Below are positions 25,193 to 39,317 of a stretch of DNA of 64,000 nucleotides, piece after piece. The position numbers and the translations under genes are program-made. Each line of letters opens with the position of its first letter. The stretch's first letter is position 1. The DNA is from Octopus vulgaris (lineage: Eukaryota). Location: the NCBI GenBank assembly GCA_951406725.2, contig OX597819.1, forward strand, positions 121,148,001 through 121,212,000, written 5' to 3'. The notes beneath the pieces were generated by a model, which was not told the origin of the DNA, searched no databases, and saw only the letters and a program-made list of their open reading frames with translations.

Positions 25193-25365
25193 GCTTACGG
25201 CCATACCACGTTAAAATCACTGGTTCTCGTTCGATCACCGAAGTTAGGTAAAGTAATCTAGTGAGTACCTAGACGGGTGACAACTTGGGAAACCGAGGTG
25301 CTGTAAGCGTCTCACACGCCTAAAGACGGTGCTCCAGCATGGCCACAGTCAAATGACTGAAACAA
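25193..25365 (+). mobile_element. 5S rRNA-derived retroposon (SINE3-like) with CR1-like/SINE B tail
   Basis: GCTTACGGCCATACCACG...GATCACCGAAGTTA...GGGAAACCGAGGTGCTGTAAGC (diverged 5S, 25193-25308), then GGTGCTCCAGCATGGCCACAGTCAAATGACTGAAACAA. Confidence 0.85.
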
Positions 25366-25373
25366 TATGTGTA

Positions 25374-26220
25374 GAGGGTGCGACGGGTAAATAGTCAACG
25401 TCATATATTTCTAATGTGGCGCATGCGCATTGTTTGTGCTTGTTTTGTCGATTGAACAATATTCAAGGGTCAGTTGGAGACAGTCTGTGAGGAAAACAGA
25501 ACCATGACGCAATTCATTCTCCCAGAAATTTGGAAACGGCATGCAGTACCGATTGGCATTCACGCCGGAGGCTCCAATGCGAGCAATTCAAGGTGTGCAT
25601 GTCAATCTGAAGACATTGCAATCGGGGGACATGTACCGAGAGTGACAAAAACCAAACAGCCAGTCATCACCATGGGGTTTGGAGTGACCACTAGTGACAG
25701 AGACGTTATGCCTCCATTCGTCTACACACACGGCGTAAGACTCAATACGGTGGTCTACAGCAAGTGCCTGGAGGACGTAGTTCTGACCTGGATCAAGAGG
25801 GTGTTTGCTGAAAGACCCTATGCCTACCAAGAAGAATCTGCATCATGCCACAAAAGCAGAACATAGTGATGGCTGTCAGACAATTTCTGCGACCCCATCA
25901 CCCGTAACAGCTCGCCACCTAACACCCCAAACTGCATCTCCTTGATTATTCTGTGTGGGGCGCAGTTGAGCAAGAGCCCGACAAAACACCTTGTGACACC
26001 AAATATCAACTAATGGCAAGGATTATGGCAGCATTCACCAACTTAAACAAGAAGAGTTGCGGGAGGTTCCAAAGTGGATTGGAGGCTGTGGTTGAATGAT
26101 AATAATTATAATATTTGAAGATATTTTTATGTAATTTTGGTAAATATATTTGTTAAAATGAGATGTCAGTGTTATTTTCATTTTGCGTAATTTAGTCTAC
26201 AGTTTAGTCACTGCACCCTC
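25374..26220 (+). mobile_element. Decayed maT (DD37D-like) Tc1/mariner element
   Basis: TA-GAGGGTGC...GCACCCTC-TA ends; VMPPF, VLTWIK, PYAYQEESASCH, SPPNTPNCISLDY motifs. Confidence 0.8.
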
Positions 26221-26233
26221 TACATACATACAT

Positions 26234-26281
<48 letters not shown>

Positions 26282-26282
26282 G

Positions 26283-27511
26283 TTTTTTTTTGCTTGTTTC
26301 AGCTTAGAGCTGCGGCCATGCTGATGCACCGCCGTTTTGTGCTACACTGTTATTACGAAGAACCTCCTCTAATATGTGGCACTTGGTGAAGAATGGAGTT
26401 TGACATAGCTACTCTCATTTGCACCTCTTGCCGTTAGGTAGGTTCATCTGGGACTCTCGACAGGAAGATGTCCAGCTTTGATTTAAAAACTGCTACATCT
26501 ACTTTGTGCAAGTTCCTCAGACTCTTTGGGAGAATATTAAAAAGCATGGGCCCTTGAAACTCAGGCTGTTGCAGAAACTGGTCCTGAAGTGTGATGGCAT
26601 TGCTGGGATCTTTGGCACTATGCAGTGTCGTCCGGTTCTAGCATTGGGGTACAATTTGGCACAATTCCTTCCAGGATCTTCCAGACATATATTACTGCAT
26701 ACCTCTCCCGTCTTCTCTCTAGGGAGTAGAGTCTTAGCTGTTTCAACCTTTCCCAGTAGCTGAGCTGTTCAAAAGAGACGATCTTCTTTGTGAATCTTCT
26801 CTGGATTGCTTCAAGGTCCGCTGTTAATTTTACACTGGTGGGTGACCATAGCTGTGAGCAGTAATCGAGGCGTCTGAGGAAGAATGTCCGCCAGAGGATC
26901 ATCATGGTTTCCTTATCTCTGGTTCTGAATGTTCTTAGGATCCATCCAGCCAGTCGTCTGCACTTTGTCGCCATCCTGGTAATGTGCACTTGGAAAGAGT
27001 TATCATCAGTCATGTCGATACCCAGGTCCCTCACAGACTTAGGCTCTGGTATTGGAATTCCCTGTGGACCGGTGTATCCTGTAAGTTTAATATTCAGTTT
27101 TGGATGCTGGTAGCGCAGGGCCTGGAATTTTTCAGCATTAAACTGCATATTATTATCCTCAGCCCATCTGTAGATTGAGTCCAGCTCCTGCTGCAGGTGT
27201 GCAACATCGCTGGGGTTCTGTATTTTCTGCGAGACTTTCGTATCGTCTGCATAGCTTGCCAGAGTGGCTATCCGGACATTTGAGGGCATATCTGAGAGGG
27301 CCACTATAAAAAGCAGTGGTCCCAAGACAGTGCCCTGTGGAACACCGCTCACTATTTGTGTGTTCATAGAGGTGGCTCCATTAACTACTACTGCCTGACT
27401 CCTATCTTTCAGGAAGTCATGTAACCACACTCCAAGTTTTCCAGCTATGCCGAGGTCACGCAGTTTGTGGCATATCATACCATGATGCACTTTGTCAAAA
27501 GCTTTTGCGAA
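26283..27511 (-). mobile_element. 5'-truncated CR1-like LINE with ~295 aa open RT and 3'UTR
   Basis: FAKAFDKV, SGVPQGTVLGPLLF, YADDTK, DYCSQLWSP, LYSLERRRER; tail GGTGCATCAGCATGGCCGCAGCTCTAAGCTGAAACAAG. Confidence 0.92.
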
Positions 27512-27778
<267 letters not shown>

Positions 27779-28240
27779 TGCCTTTGCACAGCTTCTAACG
27801 CTGGAGATGTACTACGGTGCCAGCTGTTCACTACCAGTGAACTAAGGTAACACCTCATATTTTCCGAGCACCTTCCGGAGTATTTGATTGATTCCAAACA
27901 GTGGTGTTTTCTGCAAGTTTTCCACCCTTATTGCAGCCCCTATTTGTTCCACATAATTCTCGAGATTTTTGCTCACTGTTCCCAGGGCTCTGACAATCAT
28001 TGATACTACTGCTACCTTTTTCATCGAAAGCAACTGCTTAACTTCCCAAGCTAACCTGTCATATCTCTCGACTTTTCTCTCTTCCTTATCGCATAAATTG
28101 TTGTCAGCTGGGCATGCTTTATCTATGATCCAGCATCGTTTGTTTTCTTTCTCAATTAAGACTATGTCTGGCTTCCTATTCTCTTTCTCATGGTTGTACT
28201 GAACCATAAAATCCCATAGGATTTTGCATTTGGATAAGCC
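27779..28240 (-). mobile_element. R4/Dong-like REL 3' fragment
   Basis: NRKPDIVL, WIIDKACPAD, KVERYDRL, VRALG, LQKTPLFG; (ATT)n on both sides. Confidence 0.85.
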
Positions 28241-28568
28241 CTATTATTATCATTTTTATCATTATTATTATAATCATCATCATCATTATCATTATTATTA
28301 TTATTATCATTATTATTATTAATATTATTATTATTACTATTATTATTATTATTATTATTATCATCATCGCAATGTAAACATGCATTATATATATATATAT
28401 ACATAAATACGTACATTCATACACACACATACTCATATATATATGTATGTGTGTATATATATATATATATTTAAACATAGTAAATAGGGTAATAAAAAAT
28501 AAATTATTATTACCAGTGACCTAGCACAAAAGACGAATTAGTCATTAGACTATATATCATTCATATAG

Positions 28569-28772
28569 AAATACATTAAAAGGCTTCAAAATAAAGAAGC
28601 GAGTGCTAGATACACAAAAAGGGGATAACTTCATGAAAGGAATGAAAATCAAAAACGTTTACCATCTCAGCTAATCCTGTACCGACGGTTTCATCTTTTT
28701 TATAGCAAATGAATATCCCCTTTTTGTGTATCTAGCACTCGCTTCTTTATTTGGAAGCCTTTTAACGTATTT
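28569..28772. repeat. Inverted repeat, 59-bp arms
   Basis: 28569-28627 vs 28714-28772 near-perfect. Confidence 0.9.
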
Positions 28773-28786
28773 ATATATATATATAC

Positions 28787-28876
<90 letters not shown>

Positions 28877-28878
28877 CA

Positions 28879-28927
<49 letters not shown>

Positions 28928-28928
28928 G

Positions 28929-28993
<65 letters not shown>

Positions 28994-29073
28994 TATAATA
29001 ATAATAATAAAGGGTAAAAATCATTAGTGATTTTTACCAGCTAGTTAGCGCGGAAATAAAACCTTATAGGGAA

Positions 29074-29195
29074 ATTTTATAATTATATGCATAATTATAA
29101 CAAGGGCTTGGCTTGTACCTCACCACGCATTGAGAAATAGAATTCAAACGACACAAGGCAAGCCCTTGTTATAATTATGTATATAATTATAAAAT
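29074..29195. repeat. Inverted repeat, 43-bp arms
   Basis: 29074-29116 vs 29153-29195. Confidence 0.88.
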
Positions 29196-29227
29196 ATTTA
29201 TTCATATGAATGTGTATATATATATAT

Positions 29228-29389
29228 ATATATACATACAATATTAAATATGTACATATATACACAAGGGTACTATATGAGTACCTATATCGCTAATGAT
29301 AGAAGTCATTAGCGACATCTTTAGCGATATAGGTACTTATGTAGTACCCTTGTGTATATATGTACGTATCTAATATTGTATGTATATAT
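29228..29389. repeat. Inverted repeat, ~70-bp arms
   Basis: ACACAAGGGTACTATATGAGTACCTATATCGCTAA vs TTAGCGATATAGGTACTTATGTAGTACCCTTGTGT. Confidence 0.88.
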
Positions 29390-29471
29390 TTTTTATTAAT
29401 TTACCTGTACGGCTGATAATTCGCTTACCAATTGTGATGGTATTTTAATAATAACATCTCTCCCTCTCTTC

Positions 29472-29588
<117 letters not shown>

Positions 29589-29603
29589 GTATATGTATAT
29601 GTA

Positions 29604-29681
<78 letters not shown>

Positions 29682-30126
29682 TATATTTCTCAACACTACC
29701 ATTAGGTGCAGTACAATTCTTTCAACAGACGAATGCAACTCGCTCACGACTGGCCACCGACTGGATAACGGCGAGGTGTCTAACCTCTACCTGCGCCCTG
29801 TCTCCAGCTTTGCAAGTTGCCTTCCCCGTTATATTATTACCACTTAACCTTCTCTTACCAAGGATAAATCTGAACAGGTGTTAAATTTAATAGAAAATTA
29901 TATATGTGATACAAAAATTTGATCTGACTTTCCGGGCGAAAACTTCAAAATTTCACGGTCGATGAGGGTCGCCTTGCAGTTGTTCGATTGAACTAAAATT
30001 TTGCATAGATTGTTATTTTGTTAATTGGGACAAGATAGCGGGATGGGAGATGAAATTTTAGAAAGCTGAAAAATAAGGGCCACCCTAATGTATACACGCA
30101 CACACGCACACCCACACACGTACACA

Positions 30127-31299
30127 CACACAAGACAGAAGTAAATAAACACCCTATAAAACATCGTTTTATGTTTAATTTTAACTTGAAAGGGTTTATA
30201 TTTTTTATTAATTGACATTTTTATTTTTCAGGTTCTACATGTGACTGTTTAATCTTACCATGTACAAAAGGAGCCTTGGAACAGTCCGGATTTCAAAGGG
30301 GTCATATTTTGGGTAAATCTGAAGGTGGACGTAATCAGCATAAAATCGCAGGAAACCTTGGAATTCCACTTTCTACAGATAATAGAATGATGGTGCAATT
30401 CACAAAAGAGGAGGAGGAATCCACATCACCAAGCCAAGATCAGCCAGCGTCCTCTGACAGAACCCTTCGCTTTGTTAAGAGAAGTGGGGAGGATAATACT
30501 CGTTGCAAGGCCTCTGACATACCAGAACAAGTTGATGTCAATCTCCAAACATCTATCAGGTATCTCCACAAACATGATCACAATGGCAGAACTGTAAAAA
30601 GGAGGCAGCATCTTCGAGCAGCCAGTATCAAGCGGGGAATAGATTGGGCCAGTGAAATGGTGCAGAGCCCACTAGCATTTTGAAACACTGTCATATTCTC
30701 TGATGAATCCAGATTTGCTTTAGTTTCTGACAGTGGTTGAGTGTGGGTCTGGAGACTCTGTGATCGAGAATTTGATATGAAAAGATTGCAGCCAGCAATG
30801 AAATACGGCGGCTATTCTGTGATAGTCTGTGATAACTCAGATAAATATTTGTCCATATTGCAGAAAGGACTCTTTCCGATCTTCTACATTACTGAAATGA
30901 TTAGAGAAAACTATTTATTGATGGGGCTCCTTGTCACTCGACTAAGATTGGTTGGCAGAGAATGGCATCAAAAAATTTCCATGGAAGCCAGTCACCAGAT
31001 ATGAGCCATACTGGACACATCTGGGGAATTATGGACAGGAAACTTCGTAAAAAGTGCAAGAAATCCAGATCTTTTGAGATTACAACATGAAATTGGCAAG
31101 AATGTCCTCAAGAGAATATTAGTCATCTGATGAATAGCATGTCTCATTGGGGTCCGTGCACTGAAAAATGCAAAGGTGATATCTACTAATTATTAGATAT
31201 TCACATTATAATAATTAATAAATAATTTGAATGTAAAATTTCAGATTAAAGTAAAATGTTAAGGATTATAAGGGAGTCTATTTACTTCTGCCATGTGTG
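30127..31299 (+). mobile_element. Decayed Tc1-family transposon
   Basis: TIRs CACACAAGACAGAAGTAAATAAACACCCT / AGGGAGTCTATTTACTTCTGCCATGTGTG; HTH region (30276-30683), then VIFSDESRF...VWVWR; stops and frameshifts. Confidence 0.85.
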
Positions 31300-31415
31300 T
31301 ATGTATATATATATATATATAGGGAGAGTTTACGAGAAAAAACAACAAAAGACGAAGACAGGTGGTGTACAAAACAAACAGATGTATTAGTATAACGCTC
31401 AGGAATAGAAAAAGG

Positions 31416-31451
31416 CTTTTACTTTTCGAGCCTACGCTCTTCTACAGAAAG
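31416..31451 (-). ncRNA. Degenerate hammerhead-like motif
   Basis: Minus CTTT-CTGTAGA-A-GAGC gtag GCTC-GAAA-AGT-A-AAAG; two deviations from the consensus. Confidence 0.35.
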
Positions 31452-31513
31452 GGACACAGAAAACAAGGAGAGTAAAAAATAGGTGTAGTGGCTAACGATC
31501 TATCATAACGTCT

Positions 31514-31569
<56 letters not shown>

Positions 31570-32179
31570 TAAGCTATATCAATCACTGTCTTTTTCTTAC
31601 TATCCTGAGCTGAAGGGAGATGTAAGGCTTCTTATATAAGCAACAGTTGCTCTCCCTCAGAAAGCTTTACCCAAGAATGTACCTTGGAGGGGAAGATTTC
31701 AAAGATACTTACACAATAAAGCGTAGCTAACAAACGGCTTATATAAATCTAGTGGTAATAGGTAGTGGGTTCACGATCAAGATGTGATGGGTTCGAATCT
31801 AGGACAAGATGGCATGTTAATTTCTTGAGTAAAGCTTTTCATTACACCTTGCAATGTTCTACTCAGCTGCAATACATACTTGCAGAGTACTGGCGCAACA
31901 CTAGAACACTCCGACTAATTGCATTCTAGATGTTGCAAAGTGGCAAAGAAGAGAGTGGTGGAGGTTGGACTTCTATCTACATGTGATTATACACGCTCGA
32001 AAGCAATTAGCGGAATATTGGACGTACATGTTACCAATCAAACATGGTTGTAACAGGTGTGTGATATTATACACAGATATACAGGCATATATGTGTGTGC
32101 GTGAATATGCATACGTATATGCATGTATGTATATGTATGTACGTATGTATAAGTATGTGTGTATAAATTTACCTATCTA

Positions 32180-32229
<50 letters not shown>

Positions 32230-32412
32230 TATATGCATTATATATATACATATAATTTATAGAGCGAAACACATGAGTACCAGCTTTACTGAATTTCTAT
32301 TCGTTCTAGTGCCCTCAAGCAGCGTGCCTTCAGAATTTTTTTTCGTAGTTTGAGTTGTCACTGCTCTTTCCAGCATGTAATAATTCTTATCGAGGGTCTT
32401 CTCTTTATGTTT

Positions 32413-32459
<47 letters not shown>

Positions 32460-32703
32460 TATATATAATTCTAATTCGAAATACAGCCATACGCAAATAG
32501 CAAAGGCACACATACATGGTGATAAACAAACTCTCGTGTCCTCACTTATACCCACATGCAAACACACACACATACACACAAACACAAGCACACACACACA
32601 CACATACACACACACACACACACAGGGACACACACAGAAAGGGACACTCACATCCATCACCCGTTTAGTATATGTAGCATGTGTGGATATACATAGAGTC
32701 CAG

Positions 32704-32726
32704 TAAGAAGAAGAAGAAGAAGAAGA

Positions 32727-32773
<47 letters not shown>

Positions 32774-32972
32774 AAACTGTTGCTGCTGCTTCTGCTGCTG
32801 CTGCTGCTACTGCTGATGTTGATGCTGTTAATAGAGAGGAACAAATTTCGAAATATGAATATAACAACAAAATTAACGAAAAAAAAGAAAAAATAAATAC
32901 TGAAATTGCATACAAAAATGAAAGTAGTAGTAGTCGCAGCAGCAGAAGCAGCAGCAGTAGTAGTGGTGGTAT

Positions 32973-33023
<51 letters not shown>
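32704..33023 (+). repeat. Compound (GAA)/(GTA)/(GCT) microsatellites
   Basis: Direct reading. Confidence 0.85.
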
Positions 33024-33544
33024 CATAAACGTTCACAAAATCTCTGTGAAACTTGTTAAAGCCAAACAAATTAATAACGAACATGTAATTTTTAGGGGGG
33101 AAAAAGGAAAAATATTTGTTAAGACCTGCAATAGCCTGCAGTTATTTACAGCGAAGTAAACAGAGGGATATAGTAAAATGAAATGTATGAAAACGTCTTG
33201 ATAACATTGTACAACAAAGGACTATAGTTAAAATGTATAATTTTAAGCTTTCCGTGATAAAAATGGAAAAATCAAACACAAATATTAACTCACCTTCCAG
33301 CAAGCTATATCCCCAGGCGTACGTTTTATGCTGGAATAAATATTGATTGCGGATTGTGTGTTAATATGTGTGTGTGTTTGTGTCTGTGTGTGTTTGTGTT
33401 TGTGTTTGTGTAACATAAGCCTGCTTTTCACAATCTTCTTTTTATCTCCTGCCAAAATCTGCAGTGTAAGAGGAAGACGATTATGTGCGTGTGTATAAAG
33501 ACTTACACGACACACGCACTCTCACAAATTCATATGTGCTCATA

Positions 33545-33858
33545 ACGTGTATGTATATATATATATAATTATATATATATATATATATATATATAAGTAT
33601 GTATGTATAGTCATATTAATATTAATATATATATATATATATATATATAAGTATGTATGTATAGTCATATTAATATTAATATATATATATATATATATAA
33701 CATATATATATATATTTTCAAAACAATATATTTGTGCGTGTATATATATACGCACAAGATTAGTGAATATGCAACAATAGATGGCTGCATGCGTGATATA
33801 CACACATACACACATACACACACACACAGACACACAAACATATATATATATATGTATT

Positions 33859-33906
<48 letters not shown>

Positions 33907-33914
33907 CCTGTACG

Positions 33915-33958
<44 letters not shown>

Positions 33959-34248
33959 TAATACGTACACGAACACACACACGCACACACATATATATAC
34001 ATATAGAAATACACATATATATATATGTATAAATATGGATGTGTGTATTTCTGCGTACGTATTTAGCAAAAACAATGGAGTGTATGCCTGTTCACGTCCA
34101 ATCAAGTATGTATGTAATATACACGTTGTCTTCCTATACGCGTGTGTGTTACGGTTATGTTGAAATATAATTAATTCTATTGGTTATGTGAGAGGGAAGC
34201 CATGTACGTGAGTCTATACATCTACGCAAACGTGTATAAATATGTATA

Positions 34249-34314
<66 letters not shown>

Positions 34315-34430
34315 CATATATGAATATGCATATATATATGCACATGTATATGTATAATTGTGTGAATATACACACTTATGTGTCTGCGTCATCGTGTGTA
34401 TATGAATATATGTCCTTATGTGTATATATC

Positions 34431-34484
<54 letters not shown>

Positions 34485-34543
34485 GTATATATATGTATGT
34501 ATACATATGTATGTATATATATATATGTATGTATATATGTAAG

Positions 34544-34623
<80 letters not shown>

Positions 34624-35322
34624 ATCAGTAAAGGATATATATATATATATATATCGATAAATTGTCTTTACAGTGTGTTCGTACGCAAAATTATCGCGGC
34701 GTGAGAATGCTTATGGATTTATTTTTTAATTCAATTATTATCTTAAGCATTTATTTATATACACTAATGTATGTAATTAAAATTATATATGAGCGCAGAA
34801 GCTATACCTGGGAAATTTATACGGGTGCAACTGGTGCGCACGTGTATATTTCAATATAGATATACACTTATATGAATATTTCTGGGTATGGCTGTAAACG
34901 TGCTTACTTGCATATATATATATACTTGCATACATACATACATACATACATACATACATACATACATACATACATACAAACATACATACATACATACATA
35001 CATACATACAAACATATATACATATATTACATATATAGATATATAGATAAATATATGAATATATATATATATATATATATATATACGTATGCATACATAT
35101 ATATATATATATATATACGTATATACACATGTTTTGCATATATGTGGATATATATATATATATATATATATACGTATATACACGTTTTGTATATATGTGG
35201 ATATATATATATATTCATATGTATTCAAACACTTATAGATAAAGTTATACTTGAATCATTAAAAATTTCTACAGCCAGGCTTTTATGTATACATAGATAG
35301 CTGTATATATATGTATATATAT

Positions 35323-35366
<44 letters not shown>

Positions 35367-35391
35367 TGTATATGTATATATAAATACATAC

Positions 35392-35427
<36 letters not shown>

Positions 35428-35534
35428 GTATCTATGTATATATATGGCTATATATATATGTATGTATGCATTATGTATGTATGCGTATATATATATATAT
35501 TTACATGGGTATCTGAGTATACTGATGAATGATG

Positions 35535-35586
<52 letters not shown>

Positions 35587-36335
35587 GCACACACACGCAC
35601 ACATATGCTCACATTTATATACATACATACATATATGCACACATATATTGCAAAAACGTGTGTATATACCCGTGTATACACGTCTGAAACGTATGTATGT
35701 ATGTGTGTGTGTGTGTATGTATGCATGTATGTATGTATGTATTTATATGCGTATAAATTTATGTATACGTGTATATCTTCCAGTTTCCAAGTGGGTATTT
35801 TCAAGACTTAAGAAACACCACAATAGATGAATCCAAAGTGATAATCTGATTCAGTTTCAATGTTGTGTGTTTCTATTTTGAATTTTAAATCCGAAATTTG
35901 CTGAGCACTGTATTGTATAGAATTTTACACCTTCCCCACGTGGACACACAAACACACACATACACACGCACACACTCACGCACACATATATGTACACACA
36001 CACTTATGCAAACACACACGCGCACACATATGTACACACACCTACAAATATATACACATTCATGCACAGAATCACTCGAACGTGCGTGCATACGCACATA
36101 CACACATACACACGCACACACACACACGCACGCATATATGTACACACATTCATATATAGACACACGCACTCTTGCATGCACAGACACAGACACATATAAG
36201 TATACACGCACAGACACTCACACACACACCTACAGATTTATATATATATACACACACACACTCATGCGCGCACAGAATCACTCAAACGTGCGTGCATACA
36301 CACACACATACAAATATACATACACACACACACGC

Positions 36336-36374
<39 letters not shown>

Positions 36375-36410
36375 CAGGCACAGACACTCAAACGTGCGCG
36401 CATAGGCACA
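33545..36410 (+). repeat. Extended (TA)n/(CA)n/(TACA)n low-complexity block
   Basis: Direct reading; local duplications such as CACAGAATCACTC(G/A)AACGTGCG. Confidence 0.9.
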
Positions 36411-36691
36411 CACATCACAGTCAGAAGAACTGTATTAACATCTGAGACAAAACAGCATTGGATTCGAACACACGGTTCTAGTGTTGGCAGTTTTATTCAG
36501 GGAAGTTTTGTGGAATTCTTTCGCAATCTTTTTACCAATTTCGCATACACCTTTACAAATTCTATGTAGGCCACGAATTTCAAAGACATTTCGTAATATT
36601 CCCCGCTTCACCGGTCAAGTTAAATCATTTCCATAACAGCCTTAGTTTGTTTATCGTTTAAGGTCGTTCATTTTTAGTTCAAGTTTGTATC

Positions 36692-37082
36692 GGCGCAGGA
36701 GTGGCTGTGTGGTAAGAACTTGCTTCCCAACCATATGGTTCCGGGTTCAGCCCCACTATGTGGCACCTTGGGCAAATGTATTCTTGGGCAAATGTATTCT
36801 CAGTCCGACCAAAAGCTTTGTGAGTGGATTTGGTAGGCTGAAAGAGGCCTGTCGTATACTCTTTACTCTTTACTCTTTTACTTGTTTCAGTCATTTGACT
36901 GCGGCCATGCTGGAGCACCGCCTTTAATCGAGCAACTAAACCCCGGGACTTATTCATTGTAAGCCCAGTACTTATTCTATCGGTCTCTTTTGCCGAACCG
37001 CTAAGTGACGGGGACATAAACACACCAGCATCGGTTGTCAAGCAATGTTGGGGGGACAAACACAGACACACAAACACACACA

Positions 37083-37116
<34 letters not shown>

Positions 37117-37852
37117 TATATACGACGGGCTTCTTTCAGTTTCCATCTACCAAATCCACTGACAAGGCTTTGGTCGGCCCGAGGCTATAGTAAAAGACAC
37201 TTGCCCAAGGTGCCACGCAGTGGGACTGAACCCGGAACCATGTGGTTGGTAAACAAGCTACTTACCACACAGCCACTCCTGTGCCTGTATATATAAAATA
37301 TAAATATAAATATTGTTGTGTCTGGGAAGAGTAATTCTCTTTTAGCGCCTTGTTCTTTAACACACTCACCGATAAAGTTTCCACTCATTTACTTATTTTT
37401 CTCAGATTTTCATTGTGTCATGCAATCTTTTCAATAGTCGAGAGTCAACGACTCTTTTACTCTTTTACTCTTATACTTGTTTCAGTTATTTTCTCTGCGG
37501 CAATGCTGGGGCACCGCCATTAGTCGAGCAAATCGACCACAGGACTAATTCTTTGTAAGCCTAGTATTTACTCTATCGGTTTCTTTTGCCGAACCGCTAG
37601 GTTACGGGGACGTAAACACACCAGCATCGGTTGTCAAGCGATACTGAGGGAACAAACACAGACACACAAACACACACATATTTATACATGTACATATATA
37701 CGACGGGCTTCTTTCAGTTTCCCTCTACCAAATCCACTGACAAAGCTTTGGTCTGCCCGAGGCTATAGTAGAAGACACTTGCCCAAGGTGTCACGCAGTG
37801 GGACGGAACCCGGAACCATGTGGTTGGTAAGCAAGCTACTTACCACACAGTC
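36692..37852. mobile_element. Cluster of three SINE family B copies (+ head 36692-36855; - 36860-37285; - 37452-37852)
   Basis: Family B heads, CORE-like motifs and tails. Confidence 0.9.
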
Positions 37853-37944
37853 ACCTCGCCTTTTCCCAAACTTCTGTTGGTTTCGCGAAAGAGTCGGGTT
37901 TGACCACTGTGACTAAGGAGTCCTGTCTACCCCAGTTTTCAAAT

Positions 37945-38560
37945 CAGAGTCTTGCACAGAAAGAGTACAAGCGTAGACACAAGTTAGCCAAAAACCTCCA
38001 CTGGCTACTATGCTGTAAGTATGGATATAAGGTTACGGGTGCTCGGTACCAACATACAGCGGAAAAAGTAATGGACGAAAAGGAGAGGCAAAAATGCTCT
38101 GGGACTTTGATTACCAGACAGACAAGTTGTTAGAACACCGAAGGCCGGATATCGTAACCTTTAGGAGGGACAAACAAGAGTGCCTAATAATCGACGTGGC
38201 GGTGCCAGGAGACCAACACATCATTATGAAAGAAAGAGTAAAGATTGATAAATATGGAGACCTGAGAATTGAGATCGCTAAGATGTGGCACCTACGGGAG
38301 TCAAGCATAAAGTTTATCCCTGTTGTCATCGGAGCATTGGTTTCAATACCACCCAATCTGAAAAAAAGTATCTGAAAACTTTAGGGATACTCTACAAACT
38401 AGATGTATTGCAAAAGTCGACATTACTTGGAACTGCACAAATATTGCGTAAAGTACTGTCTGTCTGAGGTCGCTATTGTGATTGGACAAAGAGTACAAAA
38501 CCCTGGTAGACACAATATCTTCAATCAACTGCCTTACGATATTGTATACTGTGCGACGTC
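37945..38560 (+). mobile_element. R4/Dong-like REL 3' fragment
   Basis: LAQKEYKRRH, LWDF, RRPDIV, IIDVAVP, KIDKYGDL, VIGAL; followed by (TAA)n. Confidence 0.88.
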
Positions 38561-38563
38561 AAT

Positions 38564-38622
<59 letters not shown>

Positions 38623-38623
<1 letters not shown>

Positions 38624-38837
38624 CCTTTCTACTAAAGGCACAAGGCCTGAAATTTGGTGGGAGAGGACTATTCGATTACATCGACCCCCCAGTGTTTCAC
38701 TGATACTTAATTTATCGATCTCGAAGGGATGAAAGGCAAAGTCGACTTCGGCAGAATTTGAACACAGAATGTAAAAACAGACGGAATACCGCTAAGCATT
38801 TTGCCCGGCTTGATAATGATTCTGCCAGCTGGCCGCC

Positions 38838-38898
<61 letters not shown>

Positions 38899-38899
38899 C

Positions 38900-38931
<32 letters not shown>

Positions 38932-38935
38932 CAAC

Positions 38936-38985
<50 letters not shown>

Positions 38986-39028
38986 CAACAACAACAATAA
39001 TAATAATAACAATAATAATAATAATAAT

Positions 39029-39061
<33 letters not shown>

Positions 39062-39317
39062 AATAATAATAATGATTAATAATAGAATTAATTATTAGTA
39101 GTAGTATTTCTACTCTAAGCACATGGTCTTGAAAATTTTGCGAGAAGGGGAAAGTCGATTACATCAATCCAGTGCATGAGTGGTACTTATTTTTCGACCC
39201 CGAAAGGATGAAAGGTAAAGTTGTCCTCGGCGAAATTTGAACGGAGAACGTAGAGGCAGACAAAGTACCGCTAAGCACTTCGCCCGGCGTGCTAACGATT
39301 CTGCCAGCTAACCGCCT
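38623..39317 (-). mobile_element. Two SINE family A monomers (38623-38838, 39106-39317) separated by (AAT/AAC)n
   Basis: Family A body with the alternative TTTCTACT...CACAAGGCC tail. Confidence 0.8.

Noticed and set aside
25193-25308. Functional 5S rRNA gene
   Set aside because: Diverged internal control region, no oligo-T terminator, fused to a retroposon tail
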